Below, in pieces: positions 1-9,116 of a stretch of DNA of 64,000 nt. Position 1 is the stretch's first letter; the number at the start of each line of letters is the position of its first letter. The notes under the pieces were generated by a model. It was not told where the DNA came from, did no database searches, and saw only the letters and a program-made list of their open reading frames with translations. The DNA is from an uncultured Nannocystaceae bacterium (GTDB lineage: Bacteria > Myxococcota_A > Bradymonadia > UBA7976 > UBA1532), in the NCBI GenBank assembly GCA_964402225.1, contig CAYOBQ010000012.1, forward strand, positions 20,747-84,746, given 5' to 3'. The position numbers and the translations under genes were made by a program.

Positions 1-2
1 GG

Positions 3-275
3 CACTTCGAGGTCGAGCCCGAGCTGCGAGAGGTCTACGTCCTCGTCGGCGGCGCGGGCGACCCGATCCGGCTGTTGGAGGTCAACGAGGCCACCGTGCG
101 CAGCGAGCGGTTCGAGGCCTACGTGTTCGCGCCCACCAAGGACGTCCCGTTCCCGACCGCGATCGCCGAGGTGACCCCCGACGAGCTTGCCCAGCTTCGT
201 CGGACGCCGGGCGCGGTGCCGCCCGAGTGGGATCTGGACCGGGCCGAGGTCTTCAAGCGTCCCAAGGCGGCATAG
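3..275 (+). CDS. Hypothetical protein, 5' end truncated by the window edge
   Basis: Frame is open from position 3 (HFEVEPELREVYVL...PIRLLEVNEAT...) to TAG at 273-275, with GC-rich third positions; no family recognised with confidence. Confidence 0.65.
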   Translation, partial: HFEVEPELREVYVLVGGAGDPIRLLEVNEATVRSERFEAYVFAPTKDVPFPTAIAEVTPDELAQLRRTPGAVPPEWDLDRAEVFKRPKAA

Positions 276-352
276 CGTGTCCAGCCGCACCGCCGATCGG
301 CCACCCGCAAATGAACGGTGGCCGGATTTGCGGGTGTAGCCCCAAGCGAACC

Positions 353-910
353 ATGGCTGAAATACCGAACCTCGATGGCCTCAAGCTGGGGCTCCAGCCC
401 AGGCACATCCGCATCGACCGCAGCGTGCTCGACGGTGACGATGCGTTTCACCCCATCGAGCCGGTCTGGTGGACCGCCAACATCTACGACGGGGAGACCG
501 AGTACGAGCGAAGCCTGGCCGGGTTCTCCCGTCCGCAGAGGTTGGCGTTTGCCATCCACTGGTACCGGGCGGAGGTGAGCAACGGCGGGCATGCCCAGTT
601 CTACTCCAACTCCACGGGGATCGTGTGGCGAGATGCGCTCGCCGGGTTCGAGGAGATGCGCTTGTCCGACTACGCTGCCGTGCTACGGGATTCCGCCCGA
701 CTCCTCGGTGGAGACCCACCTCTCGACCGTGTCAAGCGGGAAGAGGTCCTCGACGGGCTGGGTCCCGAGTCCGACGACAGCTTCGATGACCTCGACACCC
801 GCTACTACGACCTCGAAGGCAGGCAGGATCTCGACAAGGCGCTGCTGGTCTACATGCGAAAGCACTCGAAGGACTTCGAGTTCGACGGGACCGTCATGGC
901 TGGGTTCTGA
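353..910 (+). CDS. DUF4375 / DMP19-family protein
   Basis: The AEVSNGGHAQFYSNSTG motif matches the family signature; acidic protein; ATG at 353 chosen inside the longer 227..910 ORF. Confidence 0.75.
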   Translation: MAEIPNLDGLKLGLQPRHIRIDRSVLDGDDAFHPIEPVWWTANIYDGETEYERSLAGFSRPQRLAFAIHWYRAEVSNGGHAQFYSNSTGIVWRDALAGFEEMRLSDYAAVLRDSARLLGGDPPLDRVKREEVLDGLGPESDDSFDDLDTRYYDLEGRQDLDKALLVYMRKHSKDFEFDGTVMAGF

Positions 911-1208
911 CGGCGTGGGTGGGCTGGTCCGACACCAGCTTCTACGCCTCGCAGACCATCGCACCCGCCGTTGGCTCGGGAGCGATACAGCTCGTCCAAC
1001 GATGAACGCACCCACGCCCGTTGGGCCTACTCACCTCCCGTCTCCATCGGCCACGAGCCGCCCGCCACGCGCCGACGAGAAGAGCGGTGACGTTGCCCCG
1101 ACTATGCTGAGCTTCGCATGGTCGGGGTCGGCTCAAGCGAGCGGGGGACCGGGAGGCGGTTGAAGACCAGGACCGCTCCACGCGGACAAGGCGCGCGGTG
1201 GGTCCTCG

Positions 1209-2105
1209 TCACCCGAAGGCCGCTTCGTGGCCGAAACGCACGAGCTGCGCCACGCGGGCCTCGTCCATCCCCTCGATTTCCGCGGTGCGGGCCAGCTCGG
1301 TGGGCAGGTCGATGTCGGAGAGCAGCGTGTTGTCTGTGCAGACCGTCACGCGTACGCCCAACGCCAGCCAGCGGGGGAGCGGGTGGGCGGCGACGCAGTC
1401 GATGGCGCCGGTGTGGACGTTCGACGTGGGGCAGGCCTCGATGGTCACCGCGCGCGCCAGGACCAGATCCACCACCTCTGGGTCCTGCAGCAACGTGGTC
1501 CCGTGGCCGATTCGCTGGGCGTGGAGGGTCGTGACCGCGGCCCGGATCTCCTGTGGAGGGCGCCCCTCGCCCGCGTGCACCGTGCGACCGAGGCCGATCT
1601 CGCGGGCGCGCTCGAAGGCGGGCGCGTAGTCGGAGAGGTGCCACGCGTCCCCGCTGGAGGGCCCTCCTGCGAGGTCGATGCCCACGACGCCTCGTCGCGT
1701 CTGCGCCAACTCCACGTGCCCTCGCAATACGTCGGGTGACTCCCCGTAGAGGCCGCAGAGCACGATGCCCGCGCGCCCCTTTGCCCCCTCTACGGCGGCG
1801 TCCACTATGTCTGCGACGGGCGCGCCCCGGTGAAGCTGGGGCGCGAAGCGGATCTCGAGGGTCGTGACGCCCTCCGCCGCCGCGTCCTCGCAGATCTCCG
1901 CGCTGACCCGGCGGACCGCGTCGGCGGTCTGGAGCACGCTCAAGGTGACGGCGAACTGGGCGAGCGCCTGGTGGAGGCCCATCCCGGCGTGGAAACCCAG
2001 GTCCGCCGGGACCTGGACGCCGTGCGCGGCCGCCAACATCTCGAGGGTTGACCGCCGCAGAGAGCCGTCCAGGTGTCGATGCAGATCCGCCAGCCCGTCC
2101 GTCAC
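1209..2105 (-). CDS. add: Adenosine deaminase family protein
   Basis: Motifs DLHRHLDGS, EIRFAP, GIDLAG, TVHAGE, RIGHG, EACPTSN, CTDN; the GTG start overlaps the upstream TGA (GTGA). Confidence 0.9.
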   Translation of the reverse strand: MTDGLADLHRHLDGSLRRSTLEMLAAAHGVQVPADLGFHAGMGLHQALAQFAVTLSVLQTADAVRRVSAEICEDAAAEGVTTLEIRFAPQLHRGAPVADIVDAAVEGAKGRAGIVLCGLYGESPDVLRGHVELAQTRRGVVGIDLAGGPSSGDAWHLSDYAPAFERAREIGLGRTVHAGEGRPPQEIRAAVTTLHAQRIGHGTTLLQDPEVVDLVLARAVTIEACPTSNVHTGAIDCVAAHPLPRWLALGVRVTVCTDNTLLSDIDLPTELARTAEIEGMDEARVAQLVRFGHEAAFG

Positions 2106-3250
2106 CTTCGCACGACGAGGTCCTCGTAGAGGTCCGCCAGGGCGTCGCCCGCCTTGGCCGGCGTGTGGTGGGAGAGGAAGCGCTCGCGGGCCGCGGCTCC
2201 GCGCCGGGCCACCTCGAGGTCGGTCGCCGAGAGGACCTCGTCCAAGGCGAGGGCGAGCCCGCTGGAGTCCGCCCTTGGCACCCGGCTGATGAAAGCGCGC
2301 TCGGGGTCGAGGGTGGTGATCCCCGGCAACGCCGTCGCCACCACCGGCCGGGCGCACGCCATCGCCTCGATGACGCCGCGCGGGCAGCCCTCCATGTAGG
2401 ACGGCAACACGTAGGCGTGACAGCTCGAGAGGAGCGCCGGCATCGCGCGGCGCGGTACGGGCCCAGGCATCGCGACCACGTCCCCGAGGCCCAACTCGGC
2501 CACGGACCGCGCCAGCCCCGCCTCCTCGGACGGGTGCTGGGCGCCGACCATGAGCAGCCGCGCTTCGGGGTGGCGCGGCCGGAGCTGGGCGAAGGCGCGG
2601 AGCAGCTCGTAGGCGCCCTTGTACCGGAAGATGTTCCCGCTGAAGAGCAGGACCCGGGCGCTGGGGCCGAACCCGTGAACGCGGGCGTCCCTCGGCGCCG
2701 GGAAGAAGAGCGTGTCGTCGGCGCAGTTCGGCAGCGAATGCACCCGTGAGGGGTCGAGGCCGTAGGACTCCGCGACCGGCGCGCGATGCCCCTCGCCGAA
2801 GACGGTCAGCGCGTCGGCCACCTGCGCCGTCGCCCACTCCTCCGCGTAGCCCTGGACACGCTGACGAAGATAGCGCGCGTCCCAGTACGGATAGGCCCCC
2901 ACCAGCGTACGCCGCCAGACGTACGCCGCCGTGAAGGTGGAGGTGACCAGGACGGGGCGGGGGCGCGCAGACCACAACCGCGCGAAGAGCGGCAGCATGA
3001 AGTTCTGCGTGTCATGGATCAGATCGGCGCGGGTGTTGCGCAGCAGCCGCCACAAGCGCGCGGCCACGCGCGGACGCGTCACCGGCCCCCGGAAGAGCGG
3101 CTCGATGGTGAGGTGCGGCGTCGCGAAGTCCTCGACGGGCGGGGCCATGGTGAACAGGTGGATGGGACCCACGCGCGCCGCGACAACCCCCAGCATCCGG
3201 GCGCGGTCACGGTAGCGATCGAGATCGACGTAGAAGGTCTGAACCCTCAT
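2102..3250 (-). CDS. Glycosyltransferase family 4 (GT-B)
   Basis: FSGNIFRYKG and LPSYMEGCPRGVIEAMACARPVV (EX7E motif). Confidence 0.88.
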   Translation of the reverse strand: MRVQTFYVDLDRYRDRARMLGVVAARVGPIHLFTMAPPVEDFATPHLTIEPLFRGPVTRPRVAARLWRLLRNTRADLIHDTQNFMLPLFARLWSARPRPVLVTSTFTAAYVWRRTLVGAYPYWDARYLRQRVQGYAEEWATAQVADALTVFGEGHRAPVAESYGLDPSRVHSLPNCADDTLFFPAPRDARVHGFGPSARVLLFSGNIFRYKGAYELLRAFAQLRPRHPEARLLMVGAQHPSEEAGLARSVAELGLGDVVAMPGPVPRRAMPALLSSCHAYVLPSYMEGCPRGVIEAMACARPVVATALPGITTLDPERAFISRVPRADSSGLALALDEVLSATDLEVARRGAAARERFLSHHTPAKAGDALADLYEDLVVRR

Positions 3251-3251
3251 G

Positions 3252-3548
3252 TCAGACCTGGAAGAACGCGATGACCAGCGCGCCGCCGAGCAGCGCACCG
3301 TGAATCACCAGCACCCGACGTGTCGACCGACCGAAGAACAGCACCGCGAGGCTCGAGAGGCCGAGGTAGAGGCCCAGCCCGAGCAAGGCGAAGAGCCCCA
3401 GCGCCATCCCCACCGCCGACCCCCCGAAGTGACCGCCGCCTACCTGCCCTGCGCGAACCAGGAGATAGACGATCGGTGGGAGCGCCAGCAGGGTCACGGC
3501 GCCCGCCGCCTTCGCCTGCGTCCTCCAAGCGCGCGCCTTCTTCCTCAT
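3252..3548 (-). CDS. Small membrane protein (about 3 TM helices)
   Basis: Basic N-terminus followed by three hydrophobic stretches; ends 1 nt before the glycosyltransferase start. Confidence 0.6.
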   Translation of the reverse strand: MRKKARAWRTQAKAAGAVTLLALPPIVYLLVRAGQVGGGHFGGSAVGMALGLFALLGLGLYLGLSSLAVLFFGRSTRRVLVIHGALLGGALVIAFFQV

Positions 3549-3621
3549 CGTCGGCGGACCATACCGCACGGAACATCGATGCGCTTGACTCGGCCCGCGC
3601 CGCGGACGAAACAAGGCGCCC

Positions 3622-5808
3622 ATGATCGCGCGCATCACCAACGGACTCCGCCGCCTCGAAGACGCCGTCCTCGTCGCGATCTTCGCGGGGGTGGTCATCC
3701 TGCCCATCATCGAGGCGCTGGGCCGCCCCATCCGCGGCTTCCACATCCCGGGCGCCTCGCAATACCTCCGCCACATGGTCCTGTGGCTCTCGTTTGTCGG
3801 CGGCCTCGTCGTCACCCGGGAGCACAAACACCTGCGGCTCTCGACGGCCGAGGCGATCCCCGAGGGCCGCTGGCGCGACGCCGTGCGCGTCTTCTCGATG
3901 GGCGTCGCCGCCGCCGTGTGCGTGGTGCTCGCCTACGCGTCGTGGCTGGTGGTGCAGGTCAACCGCATCGGCGGCCGGACGCTGTCGATCGGCCTGCCGG
4001 AGTGGATCAGCGAATGCGTGATGCCGGGGGCCCTGGCGCTCATCGCGCTGCGCTTCGTCTGGCACGCCTCGCCCCGCTGGGGGGGGCGGCTGGTGGCGCT
4101 GGCCCTGGCACCGCTGGGCGCGTTGCTCGACCTCACGCCCAACCTAGTCGAGGCACAGGTCTGGCCCCTCGTCGGGCTGGTCCTGGTGGCGGCGCTGTTG
4201 GGGGCCCCGGTCTTCGTGGCGATGGCCGGCGTGGGCATGCTGCTGACCTACGAGGGGGGCAGCCCGGTCTCGGGCGTGGCCGCCGAGGTCTACCGACTCG
4301 TCGCCTCCCCCGCGATGCCCGCGATCCCGCTGCTGACGGTGTGCGGCTATATCCTCGCCGAGTCGAAGGCGGCCGAACGCCTCGTGCGCTTCTTCAAGGC
4401 CCTCTTTGGCTGGTTGCCCGGCGGCGTGGCGGTGTTGGTGGCGGGGGTGTGCGCGCTGTTTACGACCTTCACCGGCGGCTCCGGCGTCACGATCATCGCG
4501 CTGGGCGGCCTCGCCTACGGCATCCTCCGAGAGGACGGCTATCCGCAGGGCTTCTCCCTGGGCCTAATCACCGCGTCGGGCAGCCTGGGCCTGCTCTTCC
4601 CACCGAGCCTCCCGGTGATCCTCTACTCCGTCGTGACCTCCCAGCCGGGGGCCGGCACCAGCGTCTCGGCCCGGGACCTCTTCCTCGCCGGGCTGCTGCC
4701 CGGCCTGTTGCTGGTGGTCCTGGTGGCGGCCTACGGCATCTGGATGGGGCGGCGGCTCGAGGCCGCCGGTACGGGTAGCGCGCGGGCGCCCTTCGACTGG
4801 AGCGAGCTGGGCCGGGCCACCTGGGCCGCCAAGTGGGAGCTCTCGGTGCCCGCGCTGGTGCTGGTGCTGTTCATGGGCGGCTTCGCCTCCATCGTCGAGG
4901 CCTCCGCCGCCGCCGCCGCCTACGCGGTGGTCGTCGAGTGCTTCGTCACCCGCGACATCCACCTGACGCGCGACCTGCCGGCCATCGTGGTGAAGGCCGG
5001 CGTGGTCGTAGGCGCGGTGCTCATCCTCTTGAGCGCCGCGATGGGCCTCAGCGGCTACCTCGTCCTGGAGCAGATCCCCGACCAACTCCTGGATTTCGTC
5101 CAACGACACATCGAGGCTCAATGGGTCTTCTTGCTGGCGCTCAACGCCCTGCTCCTGGTGCTCGGCAGCGTCCTCGAGATCTACGCCGCCATCGTCATCC
5201 TCCCTCCGATCATCGCCCCGCTCGCCGTCCACTACGGGGTCGATCCAGTCCACATGGGCATCATCTTCCTGGCCAACATCGAGCTCGGCTTCCTGCTACC
5301 GCCGGTGGGCCTCAACCTCTTCCTCTCATCGAGCCGCTTCGACCGGCCGATGACCGAGCTCTACCGCCATGTCGTGCCCTACTTGCTCATCCTCGGCACC
5401 GGCGTCCTGCTCATCACCTACATCCCCAGCCTCTCCACGGGCGTGCTTCGCTTGTTCGAGAGAGATCAACCCAAGGAGGCCCGCGTTGCCGACGATCTGG
5501 CACAACCCCCGTTGCTCCAAGTCCCGCAAGACCCTCGAGCTCTTGAAGGCAGCCGGCATCGAGCCGACGATCCGTCGCTACCTCGAGGAGCCGCCGTCGG
5601 CGGAGGAGATCGACGCCGTCCTGACGATGCTCGGCCGCGCGCCCCGCGAGCTGATGCGCCGCCGCGAGGCGCCCTTCACCGAGCTGGACCTCGCGAACCC
5701 GAGCCACGACCGGGCCGCGCTGATCCAGGCGATGGCCACGAACCCCATCCTGATCGAGCGACCGGTGGTGATCCACCGGGACAAGGCGGCCCTCGGCCGC
5801 CCGCCTGA
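3622..5808 (+). CDS. TRAP transporter fused small/large permease (DctQ-DctM); homology ends near 5460, frame runs on over arsC
   Basis: DctQ-like N-terminus; DctM motifs AIPLL, TGGSG, SGSLGLLFPPSLP, GVDPVHMGI, ELGFLLPPVGLNLF. Confidence 0.88.
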   Translation: MIARITNGLRRLEDAVLVAIFAGVVILPIIEALGRPIRGFHIPGASQYLRHMVLWLSFVGGLVVTREHKHLRLSTAEAIPEGRWRDAVRVFSMGVAAAVCVVLAYASWLVVQVNRIGGRTLSIGLPEWISECVMPGALALIALRFVWHASPRWGGRLVALALAPLGALLDLTPNLVEAQVWPLVGLVLVAALLGAPVFVAMAGVGMLLTYEGGSPVSGVAAEVYRLVASPAMPAIPLLTVCGYILAESKAAERLVRFFKALFGWLPGGVAVLVAGVCALFTTFTGGSGVTIIALGGLAYGILREDGYPQGFSLGLITASGSLGLLFPPSLPVILYSVVTSQPGAGTSVSARDLFLAGLLPGLLLVVLVAAYGIWMGRRLEAAGTGSARAPFDWSELGRATWAAKWELSVPALVLVLFMGGFASIVEASAAAAAYAVVVECFVTRDIHLTRDLPAIVVKAGVVVGAVLILLSAAMGLSGYLVLEQIPDQLLDFVQRHIEAQWVFLLALNALLLVLGSVLEIYAAIVILPPIIAPLAVHYGVDPVHMGIIFLANIELGFLLPPVGLNLFLSSSRFDRPMTELYRHVVPYLLILGTGVLLITYIPSLSTGVLRLFERDQPKEARVADDLAQPPLLQVPQDPRALEGSRHRADDPSLPRGAAVGGGDRRRPDDARPRAPRADAPPRGALHRAGPREPEPRPGRADPGDGHEPHPDRATGGDPPGQGGPRPPA

Positions 5809-5830
5809 GTCGGTGCTCGAGCTCTTCTGA
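5486..5830 (+). CDS. arsC: Arsenate reductase (glutaredoxin), ArsC/Spx family
   Basis: HNPRCSKSR and NPILIERPVV...GRPPE motifs; TTG start preceded by AAGGAGG. Confidence 0.9.
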   Translation: MPTIWHNPRCSKSRKTLELLKAAGIEPTIRRYLEEPPSAEEIDAVLTMLGRAPRELMRRREAPFTELDLANPSHDRAALIQAMATNPILIERPVVIHRDKAALGRPPESVLELF

Positions 5831-6679
5831 TCAATGCCACCAGGTGCCGCCGCTGGGCACCATGGGCACTACCGGCGGTCCGTCCTGTGGCCAACGCTCG
5901 CCGAGGATGCGACGCACGTCCCCGGGCCGGTAGAGCTGGCTGAAGTGCATCAGCACGAGTGACTCGTTGCGCAGCTCCTGAGCCCACGGGAGTAGGTCAT
6001 CGAGGTGGATGTGGCACCCGGCGCGGGCGTCCTGGATCGTCTTGCGGTCGTCGAGAAACGTGCACTCGAGCACGAGCGTGCGCACGTCGAGCAGCTCCGG
6101 GGCGGTCTCAAGGACGCGCGGCAGCGTGTCGGTGGCGTAGGCCAGCTCGTGGTGTTCGACGGTGGTGAACAGGTCGTGGCCGGCCTTGCGGCGGCGACCG
6201 ATCTCGGGGCCCGGCAGCCCGGCGAACTCGGGGCGCAGCTTCTTGACGCGGCGGAAGAAGAGGTAGCCCAACGAGGGCACGGGGTGCCAAGTCCGAAAGG
6301 CCCTGACGCTGAGGTCGCGGCGCAACTCGAACTCGTCCCCGGGCTCCATCGGCACGACGTCGACCTCCAGGGGCCAGCGGTGCATCGAGCCAAAGCCGTC
6401 GAGGGCCGCGGGGAGCCGAGCGGCCACCTCGGACGGCGCGCAGACGCGCAGCTTCTTCTTCACCCCGCAGAGCCCGCGCATCCCGAGCAGCGCCGGCAGC
6501 GCGCCGATGTGATCGAGGTGGGCGTGGCTCAACAAGAGCGTCCCGGCTGCGCAGGTGCTGCGCAGCGCGGTGCCCACGTCGAGCAGCGCGTCGAGCTGCG
6601 GGACGTGGAGCGAGGTGTACATCCCCCCGAGGGACGCCCCGCGGATCGTGTACCGGCCGGCCTGGACTTCGCTGGACAT
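5831..6679 (-). CDS. MBL-fold hydrolase, RNase Z-like
   Basis: SHAHLDH, TWHPVPSLGY, KKLRPEF exosite-like arm, YATDT, LECTF, HIH, MHFS. Confidence 0.82.
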   Translation of the reverse strand: MSSEVQAGRYTIRGASLGGMYTSLHVPQLDALLDVGTALRSTCAAGTLLLSHAHLDHIGALPALLGMRGLCGVKKKLRVCAPSEVAARLPAALDGFGSMHRWPLEVDVVPMEPGDEFELRRDLSVRAFRTWHPVPSLGYLFFRRVKKLRPEFAGLPGPEIGRRRKAGHDLFTTVEHHELAYATDTLPRVLETAPELLDVRTLVLECTFLDDRKTIQDARAGCHIHLDDLLPWAQELRNESLVLMHFSQLYRPGDVRRILGERWPQDGPPVVPMVPSGGTWWH

Positions 6680-6721
6680 CCAACCGAGGATCGACGACCC
6701 GAGCCCTGGAGTACAAGCGAG

Positions 6722-7300
6722 ATGGTGCTGTTGCTCGACGTGATGTCCACGCTCGTCCGCGACCCCATCTTCTCGACCGTGCCCGCGTGGTTCGGCACCC
6801 GGGCCCGCGACCTGCTCCCGGCCCTGGACCGCGAGGTCTTCTTCGCGCTGGAGCGCGGCGAGATCGACGAGCCGACCTACTTCACGACCTGCTTCCGCGA
6901 CGGGCGGGCGGTGGACGCCGACGGGTTCCGCGCGGCGCTGCGCGCGGGCTACGAGTGGTTGCCCGGCGTCGAGACGCTCCTCGGCGAGCTCCACGCCGCG
7001 GGCGTCGAGATGCACGCCTTGAGCAACTACCCGGTGTGGTATCGCCTCATCGAGGACAAGCTCCGGTTGAGCCGCTACCTCCGCTGGAGCTTCGTGTCCT
7101 GCGAGCGCGGCGTTCGCAAGCCCGACGCCGAGGCCTATCTGGGCGCCGCCCGGGCCCTCGGGCGCGCGCCCGCGGAGTGCCTCTTCATCGACGACCAGCC
7201 CGCGAACGTCGCCGCGGCGGAGGCCGTCGGCCTCGCGGGCCTGCGCTTCACGGACGCCCCATCGCTGCGCGCGGCGTTGGTGGAAAGAAGCCTGCTCTAG
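6722..7300 (+). CDS. HAD-family hydrolase
   Basis: LLDVMSTLV, ALSN, RKPD and FIDD motifs. Confidence 0.85.
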   Translation: MVLLLDVMSTLVRDPIFSTVPAWFGTRARDLLPALDREVFFALERGEIDEPTYFTTCFRDGRAVDADGFRAALRAGYEWLPGVETLLGELHAAGVEMHALSNYPVWYRLIEDKLRLSRYLRWSFVSCERGVRKPDAEAYLGAARALGRAPAECLFIDDQPANVAAAEAVGLAGLRFTDAPSLRAALVERSLL

Positions 7301-7322
7301 GGCCGCGTGGTAGAAAGCAGGC

Positions 7323-9044
7323 GTGGTCCCGACCCCTCCACGATCCTCGGCGCGCTCCAACCTGCCCGTCGAGTTGCTTCACCGCGGCTACAAGGTGCTC
7401 AGCCTCGTCGGGCGCGGCGCCACCTCCGAGGTGTACGAGGCGCGGCACGGGGAGACCTCTCGCGTGGTGGCCATCAAGGTCGCGCTGGGCAGTATTCAGG
7501 ACGCCGCGCGCGTCTCGGCGCGGTTGCAGACCGCCTGGAACGTCGGCCGCGGGCTCCGGCACCCGCATCTCGTCGCGACGCTCGACGGCGGACGATTGTC
7601 CGACGGCCGGGCCTGGATCGCGATGGAGCGCCTCCACGGCCTCGATCTGCAGTACGAGATCGAGGACAAGGGCAAGCTCCCGCCGGCCCGCGCCGTCCAC
7701 ATCATGCGGCAGGTCTGCGAGGCACTGCTGGTGCTGCATCGTCGTGGGGCGATCCACCGAGACGTGAAACCCGAGAACGTCTTCTTGTGCGACACCGGGC
7801 GCTACGCCGACCACGTCAAGCTCATCGACCTCGGCGTGCTGGCCTTGGAGGAGAGCGACCCGCACCGCGCCCACGAGGTCACCGGGCCGGTCATCATGGG
7901 CACCCCGCTCTACCTCGCGCCGGAGCTCGCGCGGGGGCAGAAGCCGGGGCCCTACACCGACCTCTACTCGGTGGGCGCCGTGCTCTACCACCTGCTGAGC
8001 GGCGCGCCACCCTACGACGGGGAGGATCCGACGGAGGTGGTCGAGCGGCACCTCAACGAGCCGGTGCCACGTCTCGATCCGAACGGGGAGCTCGATCTGC
8101 CCCAGGAGCTGTGCGCGCTGACCCGGCAATGCATGGCGAAGATGCCCGCCGCCCGCCCGGCGGATGCGGCGGTCGTGATCTCGGTGCTCGACCGTTGCCA
8201 GATGGCGCTGGCCGGGGGGATGCCGCAGGAGCTCCTCTCCCGCGAGGCGCTGGTCCCTGGGGTTCCGGTGGTCGGCGCCCCGGCGGAGTGGAAGCAGTTC
8301 GCGGAGGATCTGCGGAAGAACATCGCGCTGTGCTGGCCCCGACCGCGGGCCGAGGTTCGGCAGGGGCTGGAGTGGGTCCGCGACGCGCGCAACGCCCTCG
8401 CCGCCGCCGACGTGCGCGCCGCCGAGCACCGCGCCCGCGCGGACCGCGCCGCGCGGCGGAGGATCGAGGCCCGCGGCAAGGTCGAGACCCGCCTCGAGGC
8501 GCTGCACACCGCCCTCGACGAGGAGCGCGGGGCCCTCAACGACGCGGCGAACGCGGTGGACGAAGCGGCCCGCGCCCGCGACGACCTCGACGAGCGCTAT
8601 CGCGAGGCCGTCGGCAGGCTGCAGGCCCTGGGCGGCGGGGAGTTGGACTCCGTCAACCCCACCGACGTGCTCCCGGTCCTCGCCCAGGTCCGCGAGCTGC
8701 TCGCGCTGCGAAACGAGTTCGAGCAGGGGCTCCGCGCGGCACGAGACGCCGAGCGCAACGGATCCGAGCAGGTCGCGCTCACGTTGGCCGAGGAGGTCGA
8801 GCTGCGCCGCGTGATCGCGGACGTCGAGCTTGAGGAGCAGGACGAAGGTCAGCGCGCCGAGCTGCTGGCGGCCCGCACAACCGACGAGGTCATCACCGCA
8901 CAGCGCGCCTTCGAGAACGCCTGCCTCAACCTGTACCTGCAATACGTGAAGCGCGCCTACGCCAGCGCCGGCGGGTTGGTCGACGTCTCGATCAACCTCG
9001 ACGCCGCCGAGTTGGCGACCTCCGACTTCGATCCCGACGCGTAG
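7323..9044 (+). CDS. Ser/Thr protein kinase with C-terminal coiled-coil region
   Basis: GRGATSEV, VAIK, HRDVKPEN, DLG, GTPLYLAPE; C-terminal half is Ala/Glu/Arg-rich and helical. Confidence 0.9.
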   Translation: MVPTPPRSSARSNLPVELLHRGYKVLSLVGRGATSEVYEARHGETSRVVAIKVALGSIQDAARVSARLQTAWNVGRGLRHPHLVATLDGGRLSDGRAWIAMERLHGLDLQYEIEDKGKLPPARAVHIMRQVCEALLVLHRRGAIHRDVKPENVFLCDTGRYADHVKLIDLGVLALEESDPHRAHEVTGPVIMGTPLYLAPELARGQKPGPYTDLYSVGAVLYHLLSGAPPYDGEDPTEVVERHLNEPVPRLDPNGELDLPQELCALTRQCMAKMPAARPADAAVVISVLDRCQMALAGGMPQELLSREALVPGVPVVGAPAEWKQFAEDLRKNIALCWPRPRAEVRQGLEWVRDARNALAAADVRAAEHRARADRAARRRIEARGKVETRLEALHTALDEERGALNDAANAVDEAARARDDLDERYREAVGRLQALGGGELDSVNPTDVLPVLAQVRELLALRNEFEQGLRAARDAERNGSEQVALTLAEEVELRRVIADVELEEQDEGQRAELLAARTTDEVITAQRAFENACLNLYLQYVKRAYASAGGLVDVSINLDAAELATSDFDPDA

Positions 9045-9116
9045 GTAGCCCCTCCTCTTCAGTCGAGCGGTCCCGTCGTGGTATGTGCGCGGGTCGCGAA
9101 ACCAGGGGAGACGAGC

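Noticed and set aside
353-910. Functional link between the DMP19-like protein and the HU pair
   Set aside because: They are 35 kb apart and nothing in the sequence supports a link.
911-1208. Possible gene remnant and hairpin (1095-1128) between convergent genes
   Set aside because: Too short and unrecognisable to support a call; the hairpin lacks a U tract.
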